A stretch of 33,647 nucleotides of DNA. Source: Choristocarpus tenellus KU-1152. Its lineage: Eukaryota > Protista > Phaeophyceae. Location: assembly GCA_964200185.2 (NCBI GenBank), contig CAXNAD020000059.1, forward strand, positions 1 to 33,647. The letters run 5' to 3'. Position 1 is the first letter of the stretch. Each line of letters starts with the position of its first letter. The position numbers and the translations under genes were made by a program. Shown piece after piece: positions 10,796 to 22,300 of the stretch. The notes under the pieces are model-generated. The model was not told where the DNA came from. It did not search any database and saw only the letters and a program-made list of their open reading frames with translations.

Positions 10796-12952
10796 ACCTT
10801 GAAACGTGCCCGACAGAAGTACCCGAGTGAAAACTGTCAAGTAGTTGCATAACATATCAGCTGGTTCACCGACGGTTGGACAAAGGGACTTGTTTTTTGA
10901 AGGGTCAGCACCACCAAAAGACCGTTGCAAGAAGGCAACGCAATAACATGAGGCGGCGAGGAGACACCAGAGCGAACACCACTATCACTAATAAAAATGT
11001 TAGCAACCAGTGATCGGTGAACCAACAGCGCGATTGAATGATACGATACCCTTTATGCTTTGATGGCGGGCCACCCTTATGTGCAGGAGTGAAAATAACT
11101 GCCCTGCAATTGTAGTTCTCCAGTTCTACCTCATGTTAAAACAACGCAGAAGGAAGAACACCATTTGAACCTCCAAAATATCTCCAAAATAGACCAAAAA
11201 GGAGTCTAAGCACATTACAGTATTACCCATGAGCAGCATTGATCACGGGTGTAATCTCGATTAATTGCGAGCAATAAATAAATCCTTGCCAGTATCCACG
11301 CCAAGTACGAGAAGGGAGAACCAAAACTGGCATTTGAGATTGAAGTTAACCACAGATCGATTAAGTCAGTCACACTTAAAAAGAAATCATACACGCTCCC
11401 ATCTCCGTAGCGGCCTCACCATATTACACCCGTAAGGACGTCAAGGTGTTCGACTTCAAACTGGCGGTACTTAGTTCATCGTCGTCTAATCTACTTCTAC
11501 AATTTCTGAATTGAGCGAATTTGCTGGGAAGAAGTGAATGCTGTCTCTTGTTGTTGCTCACTTCAACACACGCAGAATCAAAGACTCCGTTCAGAAATGA
11601 ACTAAGAGTTGCAGGACATTGCAGTATTAGGCATGGGACACTGAATAAGTGTAGAATCTCAATTTATAACGGACAATGCAAGCAGCGAAGTATTCTAAAG
11701 GGAGGAACACTTGTATATTGTTGGGGTTGAAGTGAGTGACAGGTCGACTAAGCCAAACCTGAAAGAAATCATCCACAGCACTCTCGACTCCGTAGTGTCC
11801 TTGCCATGTCACACAGGTAAGGCAAGCATGGGGTTCAATTTCAAGGTTGGCAATAGTTCATCATCGTGTAATCTTTGTGACTAAACTAATTTAAATTTGG
11901 CAATTTCCTTTGGAATATATATGCGTGTGTGCCTCTGTTAGTTATACAAAAACCATTATACAATTGAAACTCTTGGCTCAACTACCTGCCACAATGTGTA
12001 TAAACCTGAAGCAATACCTTCCCACATGTCGAATCAGAGTAAGGGGCGGTCATTATCGAGTTCTTCGTGAAGATTAGGCCATGCCAAGCACGTCAATGCC
12101 AATAATCTGTCAAGGAGAATAATCTAGACAGATTCAAAACGGAGAGGTCAACTTCCGTAAACTTGAATATTGTTGATTCAATCTTACAGGTGAACATGAA
12201 TCGTACGATTTGTTGACACCTACGTCTTTAATACGACTTCATCTTTCACCAATCCAGTTTTTTTTGTGGGTTGACCACACCACCACCACTCTATGTTCTA
12301 TGGTTGCTAATAGAACTGGCTTGTTGGAACAGGACCCAAACAATGTGGTAACCAGATCCGCACTTAACACACACAAATCCATATTATGTAAGGCTAGGAG
12401 CATATCAGCAATGAACCTTTGAAAGGGACATTGTTAGATTATTGTTGTATTATTGGCTCTCCATCAGCTAATTTTTCTCAGGAGGTACATAGGTGTCTTA
12501 GGATTGATGTTATCACCTATACTACTACTAATGTTGATAATACATTTTGTTGTATTTGCACTACAACTTGTAGTACCAGTAGTCCTTGTAATATAATAGG
12601 CTTGGTTTTTCCCTAACCTGCAAATTGTTAAGAGTGCAATATATCACTCCCAAGCTACAGAATCTTTCCAACTCATTGCAGTACTTGTAGCAGTGGTACC
12701 CAGTAGTCCATAATAACAGTCAACATGTCACACAGAAACAGCCTTGGCAATTGTACATGGTTTATCTTAATGCAACAACTCATCAACTCACGGCACGTAC
12801 CACGAGCAGCAGAAGAAAATGAGGTATTTACAATCCAAATAGACCTTTGCAGGGCAGAAATCCTTTCCACACTATAACGAAAGAGATACAATACATGGTA
12901 ACCAAAAATTCAATGGACTGACCACTAAGTACTTCAGAACACTGAGTCAAAG

Positions 12953-13298
12953 TATCTTAGAGGGTAGAGCCGCGTCCATTTGGGGATCAAAATACAATGN
13001 NNNNNNNNNAGTGTCAGTATCCTTGTTTCGGACACCTTTCATAACGTACACATTTTACCTACTCCGAAACATTTTGGAGTCGGAAAATGTCATAAAAAAA
13101 CCCCATGGGAAGCCAAGCCCTACAAATGTATACATTTACGAAACATTTTGGAGTCGGAAAATGTCATAATAAAACCCATGGCAAGCCAAGCCCTACAAAT
13201 GTATATATTTTACCTACTACGAAACATTTTGGAAAAATCCATGGGAAGCCAAGCCCCACAAATGGACAAACAGGGAAAAATTCGTACCCTCTAAGATA
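12953..13298. mobile_element. Non-autonomous TIR DNA transposon/MITE flanked by TA, with internal tandem repeats; true length unknown because it spans a gap
   Basis: Perfect TIR TCTTAGAGGGTA 12955-12966 / TACCCTCTAAGA 13285-13296, with TA at 12953-12954 and 13297-13298. Subterminal inverted match GTCCATTTGGGG / CCCCACAAATGGAC. N gap at 13000-13009. Confidence 0.78.
13044..13267 (+). repeat. Tandem repeat, 74-81 bp unit, ~3 copies, inside the TIR element
   Basis: CGAAACATTTTGGA starts at 13065, 13139 and 13220, each followed by CCATGG(G/C)AAGCCAAGCCC(T/C)ACAAATG. The third copy has an internal deletion. Confidence 0.93.
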
Positions 13299-13502
13299 GT
13301 TTCACTCCACTCAGAAAATATCTCCTACCCAGAGACCATGACAGCAGTATTGAAAGAAAAGTCCCCTCTCTTAATATTAGTGTATTCACAAAATAGTATT
13401 TTTTGGACTGTAGTGAGAACATAATGCAACATTCGTCTTTGTTAAGGTTAGGGTCAGACCTCAGGAAAAAAATGCAAAAATTAACCAACCTCTGTACAGA
13501 AT

Positions 13503-16500
13503 TTACCACCCCCCACCAGTGGCGTTTGTTGACTGCCCACCCCCATAGTTCTTCCTTTCTACTTTACGAGAGGACCAAGTGGAGGTTGATGTCCTAGATG
13601 AACTTGAATCATGTGTCCACCATGATCCCCTACTGGAGCTATTATGCATTGTTTTAGTTTTTGGGTCAGGGGTCGCCCTGGTCCAGCTGTTTTCCAGCGA
13701 TGGCTTCAACCGCAACTGGTCTAGACGACTCTGCCCAGATTTCTCACGCAAGCGCTGGACCTCTGGGTCTTGGGTCCATGATGATTGAAAATCACGGTTA
13801 AGCCACCTGAATGTACCAACATAGGGGTAGGGTAGGTTCAACAGTTGAGGCATGCTGGTGGCTCATTGTGATGCACAGATCGTTCATTTGGAAGAACTGT
13901 TGTCTTGTAAATTTCGAAACACATTTTGTCCCCGTGAGATGTCAGATGATCTTGGTAAATAGATGAAGCGGCAGACCTGCATGTAAAAAAAAAGCTTGGT
14001 AAGATCATCTCTTGCTGATGAGACACAAGAAAAAATCTGGGAAAAAAGTCCTAACCATGTCCATTCCCAATAATACGGAGAACCACCATTGCATGCGCCC
14101 TTTGCAAAAAAAGGAACACATCCCAAGCAGAGGAAGACAATACAAATACAAATATCGCACTCTCATCACACAGAACATAAGCCTACTGCCATGAAAAAAA
14201 AACATATCACCAGAAAGAGTAAACACAAATACCGACAAGACTCACTGATCTCACACTTTGATAAAACTGAATGTTCCAGGAAATATCACTACTCACCTAT
14301 TCAATGTATCCTCCCTCAAATACCTTGGGTACTGAGACCTCAAGGACTTCAAACGAAAAGCTGCCTCACGACGAGATCTCTCCTCCAAATGACTATCAAC
14401 AAATACCTTCCCTGTTCCAGCAGAGCCAACCACACCCGGTAGCACTGCTGTTAGACCGGTTTCCCCCAACTTCGGCTGAGATGAAGCAGCCTTCGATTCA
14501 CTGCCAAACAAGTAACCCAGCCTGAATTCCATTGCAGGGCCCCAGTTATCCATTCTTGAGAAGGAAAGAGCTTTAGAACTTCCGTGCCCACCCCGGCGAC
14601 GGGGGCGACCCCAGCCTTCACCCTGGCCAGGGTCTCGGGGGGGGATCCAGTTGCATATGGGGCAGTCATCAACATGGGAAGGGGCTGCTGTGAAGGTATG
14701 TCCACGGGACTTTGATTTCCACTTCTTGAGACACCTGCAAAGGATGTGATAGCGAGATTGGAGCATGCTGTGAGAATGTCGTAGGGATCATTGCAAGTGG
14801 GAAAGAGATTAGAAAGCCCATAGTTCAAAGCGCAATACTGTGCATATTGACATAGGTTCTTCCCACTTTGAAGAACAGAATCTCAAGTAAGGAAACTTAG
14901 GTAGTACACCAAAAGATTTGCATCATGAGGGACAGTGATCAAATTTTGAAAAAATCTCAGCTCACCCTTTCTTAGTTCCACTCATGTTTCCTTTGTTAAA
15001 TACTGTTTAGCTCTTTTGAGCTACTCGTTTCTAGCTTCGTTTTTTAACTTCATTACAGCCTACCCTCCTGACAACAAAGACGACCTCTGTAGCTCTTCCC
15101 TGTGCAGATCTGAAACACCCTCTATTTACACCCTTCTCACCTCTCACAGAAAGTATGACCGCATGAAAATGTCAGGGCAGGTTTCCCATCCACTCCGATC
15201 AATTCCTTTTCAACTCCTTTGCCAGATGTTTCAGGATCAAACTCTGTCAGGCACACAGGGCATGCCAGATGTTGTGTAGGTGTAGTGTGTGAAGGACCGG
15301 TACCAGCGGCCACAGTAGTCATCAACCTGTTTTTAATAACATCCAAGATGTTGTTGGAAGTCACCAAATATGCTGTGTGATGCTTCTTTCATGCTCAAAT
15401 CTCTATGTGCTGTGATATTCAGTGCAGGAGTGAGAAAGAAACAATTCTAATTGTGGAGAGGATTGAAAAGAGGAAGGAAAAAACTGACATGTACCAAGAG
15501 ATGAGACATACATGTGAAGGAACGACATACAGAGACACAGTTTAGAAGCTATTGACTTGTCGCAAGTTCAACAGGTGATGGTCCGATGCACAAGTTGAAA
15601 TTAAGACAGACTTTCAAGCAGTACCTTCTGTCCTAGGGTATCTGCCGAAGGCGACGGTATTGTCAAACTCGTAAATGAGATTACATGGTTGGGAGCATAT
15701 CACCAGTCAAATAATAAAAGATCATTGAAATGAACCAAAAGAAAATTAGACAATGCTTAAAAAAAATAGACTTGGTCAACTCACAATGACTCTTCTCGTC
15801 CTTGGGGAGATTGTAGAGTGCACAACATGTGGTGATATGCAGTCACTACAAAGCGAAAGGTAGCACAACAAAAAATTTGCGACAGAAAGAACCACCTAGT
15901 CCACCTAGAACGTAATGCATGAGAATGAATCATAGCAAGGGTCTCTCAAGGTGCAAAGAAGTCTCCATCAAATAGAGATATTTTGGCTAATCAAAAAAGA
16001 GCATGGAACGTCTCCTAATATGAAACCTGAAATGCACACTGAACCAAAACCAAAACCTAACCAAACATCTACACGACTTTGAACTGGAGCGGATATGCCC
16101 CAGGGAAAAAGGCAGACTTTAAGATCAAAATGCACTGAGGTAACAGCACAAAAAATGACACAAATTTATGTAATCCATACCTTGCGCTCTCTATGCCAGT
16201 CAACTTTGCCTCAAATCCCTCAAACCTCCTCTCATGTGCTCCAGACATCTTTGCCAACACAATTGTGGTGATTGTCAGCATCAGCCAACCTCTAATCGAA
16301 ATTGGTATCAAAATCCCCACCATCTCTCCCAGCCCATTCCTTTCATCACCAATTGAACTCAATCCCATTTCTTCCCTCTCCCCTCCCCGCCCACCCTTGC
16401 CCCACTCCCTAACCACTGGAGGAATTTTCCCCTCTCCCCCAGCATTCTCTGGAGCAGTTTCCTTAGCTTTTGCATTGACCACCCCTACCCCGGCTGCAGT

Positions 16501-18534
16501 TGTAGTTGAAGAGACTCCCCCAGCTGAATCAAGATGCTCATAAATCATTCTTAGTGCTGAGAGTATAGCATTGTCAAAGTTGCCTTCTTGAAGATGAGGC
16601 ACCATGCTTGCAAGGACAGCAGTTCGTTTTGCCTCAGGGAGCAGGTCCTCCAATCCGTGTCCCTGATGGTGAACACAAAAGGTTATTGATAAGATTAGAG
16701 CTTTTCAACATTGAATTTTTCAAGTTGTCATGGCAACATAAAAGGTACAAAGTTTGGTAAGGGATGTGGCTTCTTTTGGGAATGTTTGCAGCAAGGTGAG
16801 AGGGTGAAGTACTGGTAGAGACATCACTCAAAGGGGAGTGACAGCAGGATAAAAACTACTTCACATATCAGCAATGCAACGACAAGCTCTGTTGAGCAAT
16901 TGTGACTTGCCAGCTCAATCAAATAAGAAAAAAACGCAAAATATTAAAACGTGCTGTAAACCTCTGTCAATCCAAATTCCCAAAACAAATGCTGTAGTGA
17001 TGCTATGAAGAAAATTTTATCCATCATTGCATCACTGAGGTTTTGCCACTCCATTCTCCTCTTACGTTCCCAGCAGATCTAACATTATCTCAAGCTTGTT
17101 TGTGACCCCCTTTACCTCCAACACACATATACCATGGACGCCTATACATTGTCATTTTTCCTGTCTCTTATGCAGTGTTGTTTTCTTATCATCAGGTTTA
17201 ACAACTCACTTCATCCAAAAGTAATCAGGAGGGATCTCCCCTAACCCTTGACCATCCCTGAAAAAATATGCTTCACACACTTGGTTCCTGTCTTACCTCC
17301 CATCATAGAGAACATCCTACAAAACTCTACCTATTCATATCCATTTCAATAGCCAAAGCACCAACCCTCCCTTGAATCTCCAATTCAAACCCCAGTTCCC
17401 CATAGAGGAAGGAGACAGTATAGGGCATTACAATAGCGATTGTGTCGCACCAATGAAAGGGCAAACATTCTGTCGTCACGAGAAAGGGCAAGGACGAAAC
17501 CGTTGTCACACCCCTGCTTCCCAACGCGCCATGCATCTTGGACATTTCTTGCGAAGGCCTCAGCAACACGGTGGGGTTGAACTTCAGAGGTCGAATCATC
17601 CATCGCTGTCACGTCTATTCGGGAGACCACAGCTACACCGCCTTCGACGTACTGTTGGGAATCACCCTCGTCACAAGGGCTTAATAAATGCGAAATTTGC
17701 TCCAGTTCGAACTCCACACTGAGCCGAGGCAGGCATAATGTGTTCGAAGGCCAGTGAGATATACAAATAGCAGACGGAGTAAAAGATAAAAGTGGTCGAT
17801 TCTGTATGTTTAATAGCAGCTGATGGCACTATTATAGCACACGCTCACTGTCGCATTACCAAATATCGGAATGGATCAACCTTCTCAGTCCCTTCTCATC
17901 AACACTTGGGACATGAGGTCGCACCTTTGGGCCCCAACAAGGGTCATGACTCCATCAGGGTCGCAGACGAACGAACCCTGGATGAGATGCCCCATCCGTC
18001 GGCATCCCAATGGATCAAGGGTTGGTGATGGAAGCTCTTCAGCTGACCATTCATGATTCTTGTTCTGGGGAATATCTGTTGGAGGGTTGGATAATTTGTC
18101 CAGATCAGGAATATGCGGCAATTGCGAGGCCAAAAGTTGATGAAGGACATATTCTTCAAGCTAACGGAGGGTGGGAGTCACGGCTGCTAGGACTGTACCA
18201 TAGATGTGAGACCTACAATTACACCGCTATGTCATACAAACCAGCATCTAAATCAATAAACACAAGGTGACGAGATTGGGCATGTTTATGATGCTAGAAG
18301 AAAGCAGAGCTGCGCATATATTGCTTAGCACTAGCTTTGTTGCTGCGTCTAGTCATCAAATAGACAAGTTGTTATCAAGAAAGTGAAATAAAGAGGTGGT
18401 CGAGTTTGACGACAGAAACGTTATACTGTGATCGAACAAAGAGGCGAGTTGGAACATGAGAACATGAATAAATATAAACCAAGACAACCCCCCCAAAAAG
18501 TAGGACAAGGTCTTCGCTGTACCTCTATAGTCAT
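13503..18534 (-). CDS. TPM (MOLO-1/YgcG-like) domain - transmembrane - C3HC4 RING finger protein, ~673 aa
   Basis: Phase-consistent exons: 18534-18427 (tentative, signal-peptide-like MTIEVQRRPCPTFWGGCLGLYLFMFSCS), 18160-17925, 17718-17451, 16662-16181, 15326-15141, 14734-14297, 13806-13503. MOLO-1-like WSAEELPSPTLDPLGC...FVCDPDGVM; TPM core AEAFARNVQDAWRVGKQGCDNGFVLALSRDDRMFALSL|GHGLEDLLP...MVPHLQEGNFDNAILSAL; hydrophobic ILIPISIRGWLMLTITTIVLA; RING CPVC...CGHTFCER|C...W...CPIC; terminal YGGGQSTNATGGGW-stop, typical of TPM-family tails. Confidence 0.88.
14652..15263 (-). other. RING-HC (C3HC4) domain split by the intron at 15140-14735
   Basis: C-P-V-C-x29-C-G-H-T-F-C-E-R-C-L-K-K-W-x18-C-P-I-C. 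All eight zinc ligands assemble only after the phase-2 splice (AG|GTGAGA ... TTTGCAG|G). Confidence 0.88.
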
Positions 18535-19313
18535 GTACTTGAAGTTGTGGAGTCGTTGGAAAAAACACTCTATATCAAGAAGTTCATCTGCTTCCAATGC
18601 ATCTATGAATCTTCATAACCCACCACTCGAGGACCCGCACACAAGCAGCCAGAGCGAAATCCCCACGAAATCAACCTTGAAGCGATGTAAGTATGACATA
18701 TTAGGTCCTTGAAGGCATCCTTATATCCACTGCACAAATCTACAGCACAATATACCATACCGATACCAACAATTCATATGTGTCTGTCTCACTTTCTTGA
18801 TAACAACGATGTTTTTGGAAGAACGTTCCAAACAAGAATTTCAGAGTGTCGTACAATGTCATATTGTGATGATTATTGTCGGATGTCTATTTGATTTTGT
18901 TCATTTTTTCAAAATTCTAATCTTATTTCCACAGAATACAATAATATGGAATATAATTTTGTTTTTCTCCAGCATATCAGCAAAATATGAGAGGAAAAAT
19001 TGTATATATGTACTTTTTCCATTTCCATTTTAGGAGATTTTTTTTGTATTTCCTATATTTACCAAGTAATCTTTTGGTGTTCACGCCTCCGAATGTAAAA
19101 TAAACTCCAAAAGCATGAAAATAATTCACGGTTGGTCGATTTCTTCTTTGTAGAAGTCAAAAACTCAAAAAGTCGTTCTTGACCGGCTTTTGGAGGGTGT
19201 AGGAGTGGGGGGCTCCCTGAGAACCTCAGAAGATAGCAACCTGTGCATGTTATCTATTCTTCTAGTTGACATCTCCAAAATCCTTTATATTGAGTCGGGG
19301 CCTGCAGCTCAGC
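18535..19313. promoter_or_regulatory. Putative bidirectional promoter / 5' UTR region between the divergent TPM-RING and LRR genes
   Basis: About 780 bp between the inferred head-to-head start codons, with an AT-rich core near 18880-19130. Position-based inference; no specific motif identified. Confidence 0.5.
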
Positions 19314-22300
19314 ATGAGTGGGCTGCAGGCCGATGTCGACCTTGTTCCAGTGATCAATGGAGAGTTCACGATCGATAAACCTACGAACGAGATTGCGAAG
19401 GCATGTGGCAAAGCTCTTTCAGAGGGGAGGGACGTTAGAGTCGTGAAACTAAACGGTGGAAGCATTACATGCCTTGGCGTTTCATACATTGCCAAAGCGC
19501 TCAAAGGTGAGCAATCATCTCGTTGTGGTACATATGTTTCTTACAGCTCATGACACTGAGCAGCCTCAAAGAACAGAAAGGAGGAATACAAGGAACTCAG
19601 GCAACCACTAGGCTTTAACTTTATTAGCTCGACGTGGTTTGGGATACGGTAGGGGTGGGCGGTGGGTTATGAGGGAGGTATGGGTACCGTTCAACTTCCA
19701 GTGTTGACCACCAACTAACATCAACGTAACCACACACTTCCTTTCACTACCGTTGGTGTTCATGTTTATGTCAACTCAGGTAACACAACCCTCCGACACC
19801 TGGGCCTGGGTGGCAATAATGTCGGAGACATGGGCTGCAAGAGTCTGGGAAAACTTTTTGGTGGACATCTGACGTCTCTCGACCTCTCCAATGCCCAAGT
19901 TGGGTTGACCGGGCTCTCTACTCTGGTCCAAGGCATTACCAAGGTTCCATCCTTGCAAGTTCTGGATATAAGTGATAATAAACTCCCTACAGAAGGTCTG
20001 TATTTGATTTTGTTCTTGTTGCACAAAGGTATCCCTTATGCCCTACTTCTGTGAGTGAACTACCGTGTAATCAACCTCATCCAACCTCTGTTTTTCCCTC
20101 GTTCCTGCCGTGCCGGCTTCTCCGACCAGCCGGCCATCAGATTCAAATTCTTCTCAAGAACAGCTCCAGCATTCGGAAGTTATACATGGCCGGAAATTGC
20201 CTGCAGGACCGAGGGATGATGGCGTTGGCGGCGGCATTGAGCTGCATGAAACCCCCAAGGGTTGTTTGTCTCGATGTTGGGAGAAACAATATTGGCGATA
20301 AGGGCGTCAATTGGCTGGCTCGAGGGATCTCCGCTCTCTGCCGGAGCGAGTGTGTCTCAGCAACTGGTAAGACTCAAGCCGGTGGCTGTGCTGAGCTCCT
20401 CCTCAGAGACAACAGCATAACCCACGAGGGAGCACGGGAACTCGCAGGGCTCTTGTCAGAGGAGCGGTGCCAGCGACATCTTCGAGACCTGGATATCTCT
20501 TGTAATGTCATTACTGTGCAGGGCTTTGTGCCGTTGGTGGAAGCGCTGCAGGGATGCCGCTCCCTGACCCGACTTGATGCAAGCGGGTGTATGTTGGGCC
20601 CAGACGCCTTGACTCACACGGCAATGCTTTTGCGGGTTCCTGGGAACCGACTGAGGACGATTGAGCTGAGCCCAACACCAGGCTTTGCAGATCAGATTCT
20701 CTCTGACAATGGAGATAAGGGACTCTACCATGCTCTCCATGACGGTCTCTCTGAATTGGCGAAGGCCTTGTTGATGGCAGATGGTGTCACTGAACTGGGA
20801 CTTGGGGCATTTCTCTTCCCAAGGGAGAACGATGCTGCCTCTGTTAGTATCCAAGAGTCATTGCAGAGGAATGCCAAGAAAGCAGAGGTGGTGACAGCTG
20901 CAATGGAAAGTGTGGATGTATCAATTCCTACCTCTGTTTCTGGACCAGCTTCAGTGGGGAGTGCATCCCCTATGAGGGTTGCTGGCAGGACAAGGGCAAG
21001 GGCCGGAGCTTGTGCAAGCCCCAACAGTGGAAGAGGAATGGAGCGCAAGGGGAGTGGTGTTGAGGTCTCAAAGACCGCAAAGAGGCCAGGGTCACTAGAA
21101 AAGTCCAGAAACACAGGAGCCACTGAACGCAACAGGGGTGTAACAACTCCCGTGCGTAACAGGGCTGGAGCTGCAACCACAGGATCCAGCGACAAGCAGA
21201 GATCTAGCAGTGGGACAGAGCGAACCCGCTTAGGGGCAAGTGACAGATTGAAGAAATCGTCAGGGGTCGCGCCCAAGGCAACTCCCCCCCGGTTGAGAAC
21301 ACACACTTCCTCACCCACAGTGCAATCACCATTCGCCAGTAGGGTCGGGGTGAACGCAAGGCGTGCCCTGACTCCCCCACCTGTGGGTAAGCTGTCATCG
21401 TCCCCCAGTCGTTGTGCCAAGCAACAACAACAACATCAGCGGCTACATCACTCCTCATCCCGAAAAGAAACCTCTGTTTCTGAGTCTGCCCCAGATGAAC
21501 TGGACACCATGGAGGATGTGGACCCCCCAATGCGAATGGCTAGGCCTCAAAATAGTGGATCAGTAGTGGGGGCTGGTTCAATGACTGAGCGGGTCACTCC
21601 AAGGGGACAACGGGATCATGGTGTAAGCAGTGTGCGCAAACCGCCCCAAAAATCAGGATCGGGTGATGGTAACCTTAGAGGGACAACAGTCTGTGGAAAT
21701 TTCGCTGTGGGGGAAAATGAGCATGGGAGGGGAAGGTGTGGGTTCAGTGGAAAGGGCACCAGAGAAGTTTTCACGACATCAGGAGGGCCATGTGAACATA
21801 AGTCAAAGGCAACCTTTGGTTCCCTGACACCACAATCTGCTCCATCCTCTCCGCTTCCCCCACCCTCACCCTCCGCTTCTTGCTCGCGGTCTCCACGACC
21901 TGGTCACCGTTCTGGTGAATCGAGCTTGGAGGACATCGTTGCGCAGTGTGCGGCAGAGATCATGGTGGAGGACATCGACCTCAAGGAATATGATAAAGAC
22001 AACAAGCGTCAATCATCTCCGCCACCCGTGGCCCCGGCAGAGCTATATTCGTTTAGGTGGGGGGAGGGAGGGAGTTTGGCGGCATCTGGGGAAGGCGCAT
22101 CTGGGATGATGCAGGGTCAAGTGGGGGTTTCTGCTGCAAGGACACATCAGTCTGCGGAAATGATGGGCTATGTAGGTGGTAGTAATGCAGGTGAGGCTTG
22201 GAATTTTATTGTGCGATGAGAGGGAGAGATTTTACACGTGGATAAGTACTTGTTTTTTTTCTTGTTCGAGGCTGTAAAGCTTGAAACAGGTGAAGATCTG

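Noticed and set aside
11245-11433. 11 bp inverted repeat ACGGGTGTAAT / ATTACACCCGT as MITE termini
   Set aside because: No TSD and no extension; one such match is expected by chance in a window this size.
12050-12900. Possible decayed coding sequence between the helicase and TPM-RING genes
   Set aside because: Multiple stops in all frames examined and no recognisable motif or consistent splice chain.
15625-15641. 17 nt micro-exon (CAG|ATACCCTAGGACAGAAG|GT) in the TPM-RING gene
   Set aside because: Not needed: the phase-2 donor at 16181 joins directly to the phase-2 acceptor AAAACAG at 15327.
20456-21530. Long antisense ORFs (132, 231 and 108 aa) opposite the LRR exon; similar cases at 26859-27443, 16193-16543 and 1396-1660
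   Set aside because: These are shadow ORFs of GC-rich coding exons with no independent motifs.
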